Notes: generated from the letters alone by a model not told the origin. Shown: positions 17,575 to 28,442, counted from the stretch's first letter. The stretch: DNA of 64,000 nt from Alphaproteobacteria bacterium (GCA_036394195.1 DASWFO010000245.1:2231-66230); one strand, 5' to 3'. Numbers and translations: made by a program.

Positions 17575-18765
17575 GTGACCGTGACGACCCAGAGTTCGCG
17601 GGCAAACGCGCCGGTGTTGGAGCACGCCCTCGCCAGAAGCGACGGGAAGCCGGTCGACCTATCACGTCAAATCCTGCGCCGCGCCGACCTGTCCGACCGG
17701 CGCCTGTCGCACGCACGCATGATCGGCACCGATCTGACCGACGCCTTGCTGGTGCGCACCCATCTCACGGACGCTGACCTGTTCGGCTCCACGCTCGACG
17801 GCGCCATTCTGCGGCGGGCGGACCTCACCCGCGCGGTGCTGCGCGGCGTCTCGCTGCGCGGCGCCAATATGAGCTATGCGACGCTCACCGACGCCGATTT
17901 CCGCGGCGGGTTCATGGTCGATCCCGACCGGGTCGGTCCGGTCGGGCGCCGCGTCAGCGACATCTCGTCCTGCGTGGCGGACTACGCCATGGCGGCGCGG
18001 GCCAAGCTCGCCGGGGTCAACCTGCACGGGGCGAGCTTCGTCGGCGCCAATCTCGACGGCGCCAACCTGTCCGGGGCCGACCTGTCGCAGGTGAACATGT
18101 CGTTCACCAGCCTGAAGGGCGCCGACCTTTCCGAGGCGCGCCTGGCCAAGACGAGTTTTGCCGGCGCCGACCTGTCGAACGCGCTGCTCAGAAACGCGGT
18201 CGGCGACGGCGCCGTGTTCAGCGGCGCCCGCCTCGACGGCGCCGCTCTCGACGGCCTCGACCTCGGCAACTGCGAGCGCGAGGCGCGGGTGCCTATCCTG
18301 GCGCGCGCCGAGTTCCCGAGCAGCATCGCGGCGGTTCTGGACGCGCACGAGACCTGGCTGAAATCGGCCGGTGCCGCGGGTCGGCGCGGCGTCATCGAAG
18401 GCGAGAATCTCAGCCATTTCGACCTGTCAGGCCGCGATCTCAGCGGCATCAAGATCAAGCGCAGCAAGCTGATCGGTGCCCGGTTCGCGCGCAGCATGCT
18501 GACGCTCGCGAACCTGTCGCGCTGCGATTTCCTCGCCGCTGATTTCACCGGCGCCATCCTGGTCGGCACGCTGTTCGACGGCGCCAATCTGATGCGCGCC
18601 TCCCTGTCCGGGGCGCGGACCGGCCGGATCCCCATTCTCGATCCGAACGGCCAGCCGACGGGGCGGGAGCAGCCCACCAGCTTCGCGCATGCCGACCTCC
18701 GCGGGGCGGAGACCGCCGGTCTCGACCTCACCGCCTGTATCACCGAAAGCGCCGTCCTGAGCTGA
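17575..18765 (+). CDS. pentapeptide repeat-containing protein (396 aa, three repeat blocks)
   Basis: GTG start. Long runs of A(D/N)LxX pentapeptides (ADLSDRRLSHARMIGTDLTDALLVRTHLTDADLFGSTLDGAILRRADLTRAVLRGVSLRGANMSYATLTDADF...). Confidence 0.85.
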   Translation: MTVTTQSSRANAPVLEHALARSDGKPVDLSRQILRRADLSDRRLSHARMIGTDLTDALLVRTHLTDADLFGSTLDGAILRRADLTRAVLRGVSLRGANMSYATLTDADFRGGFMVDPDRVGPVGRRVSDISSCVADYAMAARAKLAGVNLHGASFVGANLDGANLSGADLSQVNMSFTSLKGADLSEARLAKTSFAGADLSNALLRNAVGDGAVFSGARLDGAALDGLDLGNCEREARVPILARAEFPSSIAAVLDAHETWLKSAGAAGRRGVIEGENLSHFDLSGRDLSGIKIKRSKLIGARFARSMLTLANLSRCDFLAADFTGAILVGTLFDGANLMRASLSGARTGRIPILDPNGQPTGREQPTSFAHADLRGAETAGLDLTACITESAVLS

Positions 18766-18928
18766 CGGGGCTCCCCGGGCCCCGGCGGCCGGCGTGGCGG
18801 GCTGGGGTTGTTACCACCCCACCCCATGGCTACTCTCCTATGACTTGGCGCCGGTTGACCCCGGCTGCCCCGCGCCCCAGATAAACGGGGCTCCCCAGAC
18901 AACGGACCCGGATTGGCCCACGATCACA

Positions 18929-19810
18929 ATGGCCGGTGACTTCCTCCTCAGCCACGAAGCGGCCATCCGCGGGGGCGCGTTTGCCGCCATCCTCGCCGCG
19001 ACCGCGGCCGCCGAGCTCGCCGCACCGCGGCGGCCGCTCACCGTGGGGCGCGGCGTCCGCTGGCCGCGCAACCTGTCGCTGGTCGCGATCGACGCGCTCT
19101 GCCTGCGGTTTCTGTTCCCGCTCCTGGCGGTCCAAACGGCCCTCATCGCGCGGGAGAACGGCTGGGGGCTGTTCACCCAGCTGGACCTCCCCGCCGTGGC
19201 GGCGATCCCGCTGACCGTCCTGGCGCTCGATCTCGTGATCTACGCCCAGCACCGCGCCTTCCACGCCGTGCCGCTGCTGTGGCGGCTGCACATGGTCCAC
19301 CACGCCGACCTCGACATCGACGTGACCACCGGCGGCCGCTTCCATCCGTTCGAGATCATCCTGTCGATGCTGCTGAAGATGGCGGTCGTGCTGGTGCTCG
19401 GCGGCGCCGCGGTCGGCGTCATTCTGTTCGAAGTGCTGCTCAACGCGACCACGATGTTCAACCACGGCAACCTGTCGCTGCCGCGCGCTGTCGACCGGCT
19501 GCTGCGCACCGTCGTGGTCACGCCGGACATGCATCGCATCCATCACTCGGTGCGCCGCGAGGAGACGAACAGCAATTTCGGCTTCAACGTGCCGTGGTGG
19601 GACCGCCTGTTCGGCACCTATCGCGATCAGCCCCAGGACGGTCATATGACGATGACCATCGGGCTGCGGCAATTCCTGGACAAGCGCCGGCAGTCGCTCG
19701 GCTGGATGCTCATGTTGCCGTTCGTCGGCACACCAGGTGACTACCCGCGCCGCAGCACCGGACTCCTTCAGACCAGCCCGCCACCTCCCGCCCCTTCGGA
19801 ACCGACATGA
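18929..19810 (+). CDS. sterol desaturase / fatty acid hydroxylase family membrane protein
   Basis: Trimmed to ATG at 18929. His boxes HRAFH, HMVHH and HRIHHS. Confidence 0.8.
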   Translation: MAGDFLLSHEAAIRGGAFAAILAATAAAELAAPRRPLTVGRGVRWPRNLSLVAIDALCLRFLFPLLAVQTALIARENGWGLFTQLDLPAVAAIPLTVLALDLVIYAQHRAFHAVPLLWRLHMVHHADLDIDVTTGGRFHPFEIILSMLLKMAVVLVLGGAAVGVILFEVLLNATTMFNHGNLSLPRAVDRLLRTVVVTPDMHRIHHSVRREETNSNFGFNVPWWDRLFGTYRDQPQDGHMTMTIGLRQFLDKRRQSLGWMLMLPFVGTPGDYPRRSTGLLQTSPPPPAPSEPT

Positions 19811-21150
19811 CCAATCCCAACCCGCATCTGAATTTCCTCAGTGACCTCCTGGCCAAGGCGAAACGCGCCGGGGCCGATGCCGCCGACGCGGTGCTCGTCG
19901 AAGGCTGGTCGATCAGCCATCGCCGCCGGCTCGGCAAGCTCGAGAAGCTGGAGCGCTCGGAGGGACAGGACCTGGGCTTGCGCGTGCTCATCGGCAAGCG
20001 CCAGGCGATCGTGTCGAGCTCCGATCGCGCGCCGGCGGCGATCGGTCCGCTGGTCGAACGCGTGATCGCGATGGCCAAGGCGGCACCAGAGGACCCGTAT
20101 TGCGGGCTCGCCGATCCGGCCGACATCGCGCACGCACTGCCCGATCTCGACCTGCTCGACCCGGTCGAGCCGTCGATCGAAGCCTTGGTCGAGCGCGCCC
20201 GCGCCGCCGAGGAGACCGCGCTCGCGGTGAAGGGGATCACCAATTCCGAGGGGTCGGAGGCCGGCTGGAGCCGCACTTCGGTCGCGATCGCGGCCACCAA
20301 CGGATTTGCCGCGGCGTACAGCCGGTCCGGGCATTCGGTTGGCGTGTCGGTGATCGCCGGCGAGGGAACGGCGATGGAGACCGACGGTGATTTCACCTCG
20401 GCGCTGCACGGCGGCGACCTCGAGAACGCCGAGACGATCGGACGGCGCGCCGCCGAGCGCACGCTCCGGCGGCTGAACCCGCGCAAGGTCGACACCTGCA
20501 AATGCCCGATCGTCTACGACCCGCGGGTCGCCAACGGCATCGTCCGCCATCTCGCCGGCGCCATCAACGGCAGCGCCATCGCGCGCGGCACCAGCTTCCT
20601 CAAATCGAAGATGGGGGCGCAGATCTTCCCGGCGTCGGTCACCATCGTCGACGACCCGCTGCGCCGGCGCGGCCTGTCCTCGAAGCCGGTCGACGGTGAA
20701 GGCATCGCCCCGCAGCGGCGCAAGATCATCGACAACGGCGTGCTCACCACCTGGATCCTCGACCTGCGCTCGGCGCGCCAGCTCGGCCTGAAAAGCACCG
20801 GCCATGCGTCGCGCGGCACGTCGTCGCCGCCTGGCCCGTCGAGCACCAATGTGTGGCTGGAAGCCGGTGCGGTGTCGCCGGAGGCGCTCATCCGCGACAT
20901 CAAGGCGGGGCTCTACGTGACCGAGCTCGCCGGTATGGGGGTCAACCAGGTGACCGGCGATTACAGCCGCGGCGCCACCGGCCTGTGGATCGAGAACGGC
21001 GAGCTCGCTTACCCGGTGAGCGAGATCACGGTCGCGGGGAATCTCGGCGAGATGTTCAGGAACGTGACGGCGGCCAACGATCTCCAGTTCCGCTACGGGA
21101 CGGACGCGCCGACCTTGCGCATCGACGGGATGACCGTCGCGGGACGTTAG
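19807..21150 (+). CDS. pmbA: metalloprotease PmbA (TldE)
   Basis: 447 aa; ATGA overlap with the preceding gene. PmbA/TldD family body; partner of tldD at 1237. Confidence 0.85.
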   Translation: MTNPNPHLNFLSDLLAKAKRAGADAADAVLVEGWSISHRRRLGKLEKLERSEGQDLGLRVLIGKRQAIVSSSDRAPAAIGPLVERVIAMAKAAPEDPYCGLADPADIAHALPDLDLLDPVEPSIEALVERARAAEETALAVKGITNSEGSEAGWSRTSVAIAATNGFAAAYSRSGHSVGVSVIAGEGTAMETDGDFTSALHGGDLENAETIGRRAAERTLRRLNPRKVDTCKCPIVYDPRVANGIVRHLAGAINGSAIARGTSFLKSKMGAQIFPASVTIVDDPLRRRGLSSKPVDGEGIAPQRRKIIDNGVLTTWILDLRSARQLGLKSTGHASRGTSSPPGPSSTNVWLEAGAVSPEALIRDIKAGLYVTELAGMGVNQVTGDYSRGATGLWIENGELAYPVSEITVAGNLGEMFRNVTAANDLQFRYGTDAPTLRIDGMTVAGR

Positions 21151-21163
21151 CGCCGCGGCGGCG

Positions 21164-21337
21164 TCACACCGCCAGGGCGCGCCGCGGACGAAACGGGATG
21201 ATCTCGGCCGACGCGCGATCGCGGTCGGGCGAGAGCTCCGGCAATGCCGGCAGCATCGCCACGCAATAGGCAGCAGGTAGTCGCGTAGCGATCAGCCACG
21301 GCATCAGCGGAAACAGCCAGAAGCTGGTTGGCCACAT
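21164..21337 (-). CDS. candidate small hydrophobic protein (57 aa), below the track length cutoff
   Basis: Own translation: MWPTSFWLFPLMPWLIATRLPAAYCVAMLPALPELSPDRDRASAEIIPFRPRRALAV. ATG at 21337-21335 is preceded by GGAAAGGAGGCTGCGAC (AAGGAGG, 7-nt spacer). Converges on pmbA. Confidence 0.45.
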   Translation of the reverse strand: MWPTSFWLFPLMPWLIATRLPAAYCVAMLPALPELSPDRDRASAEIIPFRPRRALAV

Positions 21338-21533
21338 GTCGCAGCCTCCTTTCCGATTGAGCGCCCTTAATCATGCGCTCGACAGGGTTAACGTTCTGTC
21401 ACCAGTGGACGGAACTTGTCCACAGCGGGTGCGACTCGGACGCGCTCGCATACCCCAGAATGGGGGAAGAAAGCCGGAACGCAAGCCTCATGGATTTGTT
21501 TCTAGACAGTCCGTCGCCACGTTGCACACTGAT

Positions 21534-21569
21534 GGACACACACCAGTGAGAGGACACACACCAGTGAGA
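21534..21569 (+). repeat. perfect 18-bp tandem duplication just upstream of a start codon
   Basis: ggacacacaccagtgaga occurs twice in tandem (21534-21551, 21552-21569), followed by gggagagtgccaATG (ATG 21582). Confidence 0.85.
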
Positions 21570-21581
21570 GGGAGAGTGCCA

Positions 21582-21947
21582 ATGGCCAAAGCCGCACATC
21601 ATGAAGCTCCGCATCAGACCGAGAGTCAGAACGGCCAGCAGTTCCGCGGCATGATCCAGCCGGAAGCGGTCATTGAAACCTACGGCAAGTTCCTGAAGCA
21701 GATGGAGGCCATCAATCGCCAGTGGCTGGGCAGCATGCGCCAGACCGCCGAGGCGGGTTGGGAGCTGGCCTCGCAGATGACCGATTCCGCCATGGCCGAC
21801 GGACGGCGACTCTCCGATCTGTATCTCAGGCTTTACGAAGCCGACATGTCGGCCGCGACATCGGCGGTCCGGCAGATGGGCAGCGAGACGACGTCGGCCG
21901 CCAGCCGCCATCTGTCGGCGGTGCAGCGGTCAAGCGTCGGCGACTGA
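21582..21947 (+). CDS. hypothetical protein (121 aa, helical, no signal peptide)
   Basis: Internal ATG at 21582 with GGGAGAG RBS. MAKAAHHEAPHQTESQNGQQFRGMIQPEAVIETYGKFLKQMEAINRQWLGSMRQTAEAGWELASQM... A phasin-like impression only; not assigned. Confidence 0.55.
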   Translation: MAKAAHHEAPHQTESQNGQQFRGMIQPEAVIETYGKFLKQMEAINRQWLGSMRQTAEAGWELASQMTDSAMADGRRLSDLYLRLYEADMSAATSAVRQMGSETTSAASRHLSAVQRSSVGD

Positions 21948-21976
21948 GCTGCGAGCGGATGAAGCGGCGGGCCCGG

Positions 21977-22963
21977 TTATTTCGCCGCCGCCCGCGCCCG
22001 CTCGAGATAGACCGTTTCCTGATATTTTTCCGGCTGGACGGGCTTGCCCGCCGGCAGCAGGCCGACGTCGCGCATCGATTCCAGGACGTTGATGAGGCCG
22101 GGCGCGCTGATGCCGAGATCGCGCGGCAGGATCCCGTAGCGAATCGTATCTTCGATGGCGCGGATCGCGTACGGGTGCAGCGTGGAGACCTCGACGACCG
22201 TAATCCCCGCCGCGATATCCTTGTGGGCGTACATCCAGTCGGTCGCCCGCAGCATGCCGACAAGAAAGCGCTCCAAGGTCGCCGGGTTCGCCGCCGCCCA
22301 GTCGCGGTTCACGTTGATGGTCGAGAACTGCCAGTCGGCAATGTAATCGAACGCCGGTCCCATATTGGTGAAGCCCGCGCCCTCGGCTTCGTAGCTGAGC
22401 GGGAACGGCTGCAGCCCGGCATCGATGGCGCCCGCTTGGAGCAGGCGCCAGCGCGTCGGCGCGCCGCCCACCGCTTTCTCCGCATAGTCCTTCGGCGACA
22501 GACCGTGGCGGGCCGCGATCCGGCGCAGCACGAAAGTCGTGCCCTCCTGAAGCGACAGCACGCCGAACGTGGCACCCTTCAGGTCTTCGAAGCGCTTGAA
22601 GCGGCTCTGCGCGATGATGAAGTGGGGCAGCTTCGCCGCGTTCCCGGCAACGATCCGCAAGGGGCCACCCGCCTCGACGTCCTGGATCAGGCCTTCGGTC
22701 GAGGCGATCGTCACCTGCAGCCCGCCCGCCCTGAGCTCCTCATTCGCCTTCTCGCCGTTGTCGAGCACGCTGACGTTCACGTCGAGGCCTTGCTCGGCGA
22801 ATAGCCCCGTGGTCCGCCCTGCCCACACCGGCACGTAGAACACCGTGCGCGAGATTACGCCGACCCTGAGCGGCGTCATCGTCGACGGCTCTGCGAGCAC
22901 GGCCGACGGGCGGACCGTGACCGCGGCCAGGACGGCAAGCACCGACAGAAGTGGGCGAAGCAT
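21977..22963 (-). CDS. ABC transporter substrate-binding protein (NMT1/THI5-like, nitrate/sulfonate/bicarbonate family)
   Basis: 328 aa; signal peptide [24 protein letters not shown]; NMT1-like body. No permease or ATPase adjacent. Confidence 0.7.
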   Translation of the reverse strand: MLRPLLSVLAVLAAVTVRPSAVLAEPSTMTPLRVGVISRTVFYVPVWAGRTTGLFAEQGLDVNVSVLDNGEKANEELRAGGLQVTIASTEGLIQDVEAGGPLRIVAGNAAKLPHFIIAQSRFKRFEDLKGATFGVLSLQEGTTFVLRRIAARHGLSPKDYAEKAVGGAPTRWRLLQAGAIDAGLQPFPLSYEAEGAGFTNMGPAFDYIADWQFSTINVNRDWAAANPATLERFLVGMLRATDWMYAHKDIAAGITVVEVSTLHPYAIRAIEDTIRYGILPRDLGISAPGLINVLESMRDVGLLPAGKPVQPEKYQETVYLERARAAAK

Positions 22964-23069
22964 AAAATCCCTCGTCTCTGGAAGTCATCCTATCGCGGAA
23001 CCAAAGCCGCGTGGTTGTGATTTACTTCGCCGTATTGGCGACTCGAATGCCGGTGCTAGAGTTGCGCGC

Positions 23070-23694
23070 ATGCCGGGCTTTGCGCGGGAAAGAAAAATCG
23101 GGGGTGTCGTCGCCGGGATCGACGAAGCCGGGCGCGGCCCTTTGGCCGGCCCGGTGGTCGCCGCCTGCGTGGTCCTCGATGCGCAGCGCACGACCCGCAA
23201 GCTGTCCCGCGCCATCGACGATTCGAAGAAACTTACGCGTAAGGAGCGCGAGACCGCGTTCGAGCTGCTGCTGGCGGCACGGGCCGAGGGCGTCGCCTCG
23301 ATCGGCGTCGGCGCGTCCAGTGTCCGGACCATCGACAGGATCAACATCCTGCAAGCGACGTTGCTGGCGATGCGCCGCGCCGTGACGCGTCTGCCGGTCC
23401 GTCCGGACCATGTCCTGATCGATGGCGACCGGGTCCCTCGCGACCTGCCCTGCCCCGCGACACCGGTGGTCGGCGGCGATGCGGTGTGCATCTCGATCGC
23501 CGCCGCCTCGATCGTCGCCAAGGTGCTGCGCGACCGCGCCATGATCCGCCTCAGCACCCGCTATCCCGGCTTCGGCTGGATAACCAATGTCGGCTACGCG
23601 ACCGACGAGCACACCCAAGCCATAGCGCGGCTAGGTGCCACACGCCACCACCGCTTGAGCTTCGCGCCCTGTGCACAATTTGTTCTAAGCCTTT

Positions 23695-23696
<2 letters not shown>
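23070..23696 (+). CDS. rnhB: ribonuclease HII
   Basis: Trimmed to ATG at 23070. [19 protein letters not shown] and DDSKKLT motifs. Confidence 0.9.
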
Positions 23697-24873
<1,177 letters not shown>

Positions 24874-25000
24874 CCGGCTCGCGGGTAGCCGCCTCGGTGT
24901 TTGCGCGTTCCACGCAAAGCACCTGACCAACCCTACCCGCTCGCCGGCGCGCGCCCATCCGGGCGCGCGGGTGACTTACGGCAATCGCTCGCTCGTAAAT

Positions 25001-26026
25001 TCAGCGGAACGGGATCGCGTACATCAGGCCGCCGCGCGTCCACAAATCGTTCGGCCCGCGGTCGAGCTTCAGCGGGCCGCCCTTGCCGACGTTGCGGTCG
25101 TAGCTTTCGCCGTAATTGCCCACCTGCTTGATCACGTTGTACGCCCAGCGGTCGTCGACGCCGAGCATCTTGCCGAAGCCGCCACTCACGCCCAGCAACC
25201 GCTGTACATCGGGCCGCGGCGATTTCAGCATCTCGTCGACATTCGCCTGCGTCACACCGTCCTCCTCGGCCTCGATCATCGCCATCAGGACGTACTTCAC
25301 CAGATCGAACCACTGGTCGTCGCCGTGGCGCAGCAGCGGCCCGAGCGGCTCCTTCGAAATGCGGTCGGGCAGGATCCGGTAGTCGCCGCCGCCGACCTTC
25401 GACACCAGCACCGCCGCGAGCGCCGAGGCGTCCTGGGTCAGAACGTCGCAGCGGCCCGAGAAGAAGACGCTGTACATCACGTCCTGGTTCTCCAGGATCA
25501 CCGGCGTGAACTTGAGGTTCCGCGAGCGGAACCAGTCGGCCATCGTCATCTCGTGCGTCGTGCCCTGGGCCGCGCAGATGGTCGCCCCGTCGAGCTCCTT
25601 CAGCTCCTTGACGTTGACCTTGGACGACACGAGGAACGCCTGGCCGTCGTAGAAGTTGATGCCGGCGTAATTGAGCCCCAGCGCCGTGTCGCGCGACAGC
25701 GTGATCGTCGAATTGCGCAACAGGACGTCGATCTCGCCGGACTGCAAAGCGGTGAACCGGGACTGCGCGGTCAGCGGCACGTATCGCGTCTTGGTCGCGT
25801 CGCCCAACATGGCGGCGGCGATCGCCTTGCACAGGTCGACGTCGAGACCCGTCCATACGCCGGCGCTATCCGGCATCGAGAAGCCGACGAGCCCGGTGTT
25901 GACGCCGCAGATCACCGCGCCGCGCGCCTTCACCGCATCGAATGTCGGGCCGGCCAGCGCCGGGCCGCTCATCCCGAGAACCAGGGCGGCGACCGCCGCC
26001 GCCCGCATCGTCCACATGCCACGCAT
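25001..26026 (-). CDS. amino acid ABC transporter substrate-binding protein (AapJ/BztA-like)
   Basis: Trimmed to ATG at 26026 (MRGMWTMRAAAVAALVLGMSGPALA) with AAGGAGGAGG upstream. General L-amino-acid-binding family pattern (GVNTGLVGFS...DVDLCKAIAAA). Confidence 0.8.
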   Translation of the reverse strand: MRGMWTMRAAAVAALVLGMSGPALAGPTFDAVKARGAVICGVNTGLVGFSMPDSAGVWTGLDVDLCKAIAAAMLGDATKTRYVPLTAQSRFTALQSGEIDVLLRNSTITLSRDTALGLNYAGINFYDGQAFLVSSKVNVKELKELDGATICAAQGTTHEMTMADWFRSRNLKFTPVILENQDVMYSVFFSGRCDVLTQDASALAAVLVSKVGGGDYRILPDRISKEPLGPLLRHGDDQWFDLVKYVLMAMIEAEEDGVTQANVDEMLKSPRPDVQRLLGVSGGFGKMLGVDDRWAYNVIKQVGNYGESYDRNVGKGGPLKLDRGPNDLWTRGGLMYAIPFR

Positions 26027-26075
26027 AGGCCCCTCCTCCTTGCTGACAATCCGGCCGCCGGTCAGCGGCGGCCCC

Positions 26076-27410
26076 TCATCGGCCGATCGTCGCGATGGCC
26101 GCGTCCACGGCCTCGCCCAGACGATCCGCGATCTCATTCATGTCGGTTTCGCTGGCGATGAACGGCGGCGCCAGCAGCACGTGGTCGCCAGCCCGGCCAT
26201 CGATGGTGCCGCCCATCGGATAGACCATCAGCCCGCGCTGGAACGCCTGCTGCTTGATGCGCGCGGACAGGCGATGTGACGGATCGAACGGCGCCTTGGA
26301 GGCGCGGTTTTCGACCAGCTCGATGGCCTGCAGCAAGCCGCGGCCGCGGATGTTCCCGACATGATGGTGGTTGCCGAAGCGCTGCTCCAGCGCCGCCTGA
26401 AGCGCGTCGCCGAGCGGGGCGACGCGGCCGAGAACGCCGTCCTCGAGCAGGCATTTCTGGACCGCGAGCGCCGCCGCGCAGGCCATCGGATGGGCCGAGA
26501 AGGTGTGGCCGTGCTGGAAGAAGCCGCTGCCGCCGGCGAAGGCGTCATAGATCTTCTTCTGCACGAGCACGGCACCGACCGGCTGGTAACCGGCACCCAG
26601 GCCCTTGGCCATGACCAGGAGGTCCGGCACCACGCCTTCGGCGAGACAGGCATGCAACGTCCCGGTCCGGCCCATGCCGCACATGACCTCATCCAGGATG
26701 AGCAGCACGCCGTAGCGGTCGCAGATCTCGCGGATGCGCCGAAAATAGCCGGGGACGGGCGTCACCGCGCCGGAGGTCGCCCCGACCACCGTCTCGGCGA
26801 TGAAGCCCGCAATCGCGTTCGGGCCGTGCTTCAGGATGCACCGCTCGAGCTCGTCGGCGACGCGGTGCCCGTACGCCTCATCGGTCTCGTCGTCGTTCTT
26901 GAAGCGGTAGGAGAAGCAGGGCGAGATCTGCGGCACGTCCATGAGCAGCGGCCGATACGGCTCGCGCCGCCATTCATTGCCGCCCGCCGCCAGGGCCCCC
27001 AGCGTGTTGCCGTGATAGCTCTGGCGCCGCGAGATGAAGGTGCGGCGCGCGACGTCGCCAGTCTCGATGAAATACTGCCGCGCCATCTTGAGCGCGGTCT
27101 CGACCGCCTCGGATCCGCCGGACAGCAGATAGACGCGGTCCATGCCGGGAGGGGCATGCGCGATCAGCACATCGGCGAGCTCCTCGGCGGCCTCGCTGGT
27201 GAAAAACCCGCTATGCACGAAGGCCAATGTCTCGGCCTGGCGGCGCAAGGCCTCGACGATGCGCGGATGGCCGTGCCCCAGGCTCGACACAGCGGCACCG
27301 CCCGACGCGTCGAGATAGCGGCGGCCCTGCCGGTCGATCAGATGGATCCCCGCGCCGCCGACCGCGACCGGAGGCTGAACGCGGGTGTCGCGCGGAAAAA
27401 CATGGCTCAC
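26076..27410 (-). CDS. class III (omega) aminotransferase, PLP-dependent
   Basis: 444 aa, GTG start overlapping the rpiR stop (GTGA). LSGGSEAVETALKMARQY, LILDEVMCGMGRTG and AKGLGAGYQP (Lys) motifs. Confidence 0.85.
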   Translation of the reverse strand: MSHVFPRDTRVQPPVAVGGAGIHLIDRQGRRYLDASGGAAVSSLGHGHPRIVEALRRQAETLAFVHSGFFTSEAAEELADVLIAHAPPGMDRVYLLSGGSEAVETALKMARQYFIETGDVARRTFISRRQSYHGNTLGALAAGGNEWRREPYRPLLMDVPQISPCFSYRFKNDDETDEAYGHRVADELERCILKHGPNAIAGFIAETVVGATSGAVTPVPGYFRRIREICDRYGVLLILDEVMCGMGRTGTLHACLAEGVVPDLLVMAKGLGAGYQPVGAVLVQKKIYDAFAGGSGFFQHGHTFSAHPMACAAALAVQKCLLEDGVLGRVAPLGDALQAALEQRFGNHHHVGNIRGRGLLQAIELVENRASKAPFDPSHRLSARIKQQAFQRGLMVYPMGGTIDGRAGDHVLLAPPFIASETDMNEIADRLGEAVDAAIATIGR

Positions 27411-28288
27411 GGCGATCTCCGCACGACCGGCTCGACATAGGTGCGCATCGCCTCCAGCCGGTCTTGGGTGCGCCGGATCGCCTTCAGCGCCTTGGCGCCG
27501 CCGCGGCTGGCCAGCATCGCGACCAGCGCCTCGACGACGCCGCTCGCCGCGGTCAGCGAGTGGAAGAACGACGGCGTGTCGGTTGCGGCGACCAGCACAT
27601 GATCGGCATGGGGTGCGAGCGGCGACAGGTCGCTATCGGTCAGAGCCACCACCCGGGCACCGGCCTTGGCGGCCATCTCGGCCGCGGCCACCGCGTCGCG
27701 CGAATAGGGGGCCATGGTCATGACGACCATCGCGTCGCCGCGCTCGATCGCGAACAGCGCGTTGTCGAGCACACCGGACGGGCTCGCGGCCAGGAACAGG
27801 TCGCGGCGGAAGAAGCTCCAGACGTAGTGGAGATAGAAGGCCAGCGGATAAAGGCTGCGCAGGCCGACGATCCAGACGCGCCGCGCGCGTTCCAGGGTCT
27901 CGGCACTCGCCCGGATCACATCGACACCGTTGGCGCGCTGCGTGGCCCCGAGATTGGTGATCTGCGTGTTGAAGATTTGCTCGTAGATCCCGGACGGATC
28001 GCCGACACTTTGCAGCCGTTCGGCCTTCGCGGCGTAGCTGAGGGCACCCGGCAGGATCCGGCCAAGGATCTCGCGACGCAGCTCCGGATAGCCGGCAAAT
28101 CCCAGGGCCTGCGCCAGGCGCACGAAAGTCGCCGGTGTCACGGCGGCGCTCTTCGCCAGGTCGCGCAGGCTGTGGATCGCGACGAGATCGGGATGGCGGC
28201 TGAGAAACCGCGCCGCCCGGCGCAGCTGCGGGCTGAGCCGGTCCATCGCGGCGCCAAGTACATCATGCATCTGGGCAGTGGCCGCCAT
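27407..28288 (-). CDS. MurR/RpiR family transcriptional regulator (HTH_6 + SIS)
   Basis: Trimmed to ATG at 28288. LSPQLRRAARFLSRHPDLVAIHSLRDLAKSAAVTPATFVRLAQALGFAGYPELR (HTH) followed by a SIS domain. Confidence 0.85.
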   Translation of the reverse strand: MAATAQMHDVLGAAMDRLSPQLRRAARFLSRHPDLVAIHSLRDLAKSAAVTPATFVRLAQALGFAGYPELRREILGRILPGALSYAAKAERLQSVGDPSGIYEQIFNTQITNLGATQRANGVDVIRASAETLERARRVWIVGLRSLYPLAFYLHYVWSFFRRDLFLAASPSGVLDNALFAIERGDAMVVMTMAPYSRDAVAAAEMAAKAGARVVALTDSDLSPLAPHADHVLVAATDTPSFFHSLTAASGVVEALVAMLASRGGAKALKAIRRTQDRLEAMRTYVEPVVRRSP

Positions 28289-28338
28289 CGGGCACCGAGC
28301 TGTCGGGAGGTGTGAAACAGTAATTCCAATACGGTTTA

Positions 28339-28358
28339 ATTGCAACATATGTTGCAAT
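28339..28358. promoter_or_regulatory. 20-bp perfect palindrome, candidate operator upstream of the rpiR-aminotransferase-SBP operon
   Basis: ATTGCAACATATGTTGCAAT, 51 nt upstream of the rpiR ATG, in an AT-richer patch. Confidence 0.55.
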
Positions 28359-28442
28359 CAAGGGCAGTGGGCGAGGAGACCCGCGGCTCGCGCGCAGGAA
28401 CTCACCCGCGGAGGGCGCGGAGGGCCTTCATTCGGTCAGCAG

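Noticed and set aside
22964-23069. Possible TPP riboswitch upstream of the NMT1/THI5-like binding protein
   Set aside because: The 106-nt leader lacks the conserved CUGAGA and ACCUGAUCUGGAUAAUGCCAGCG-type cores and is too short.
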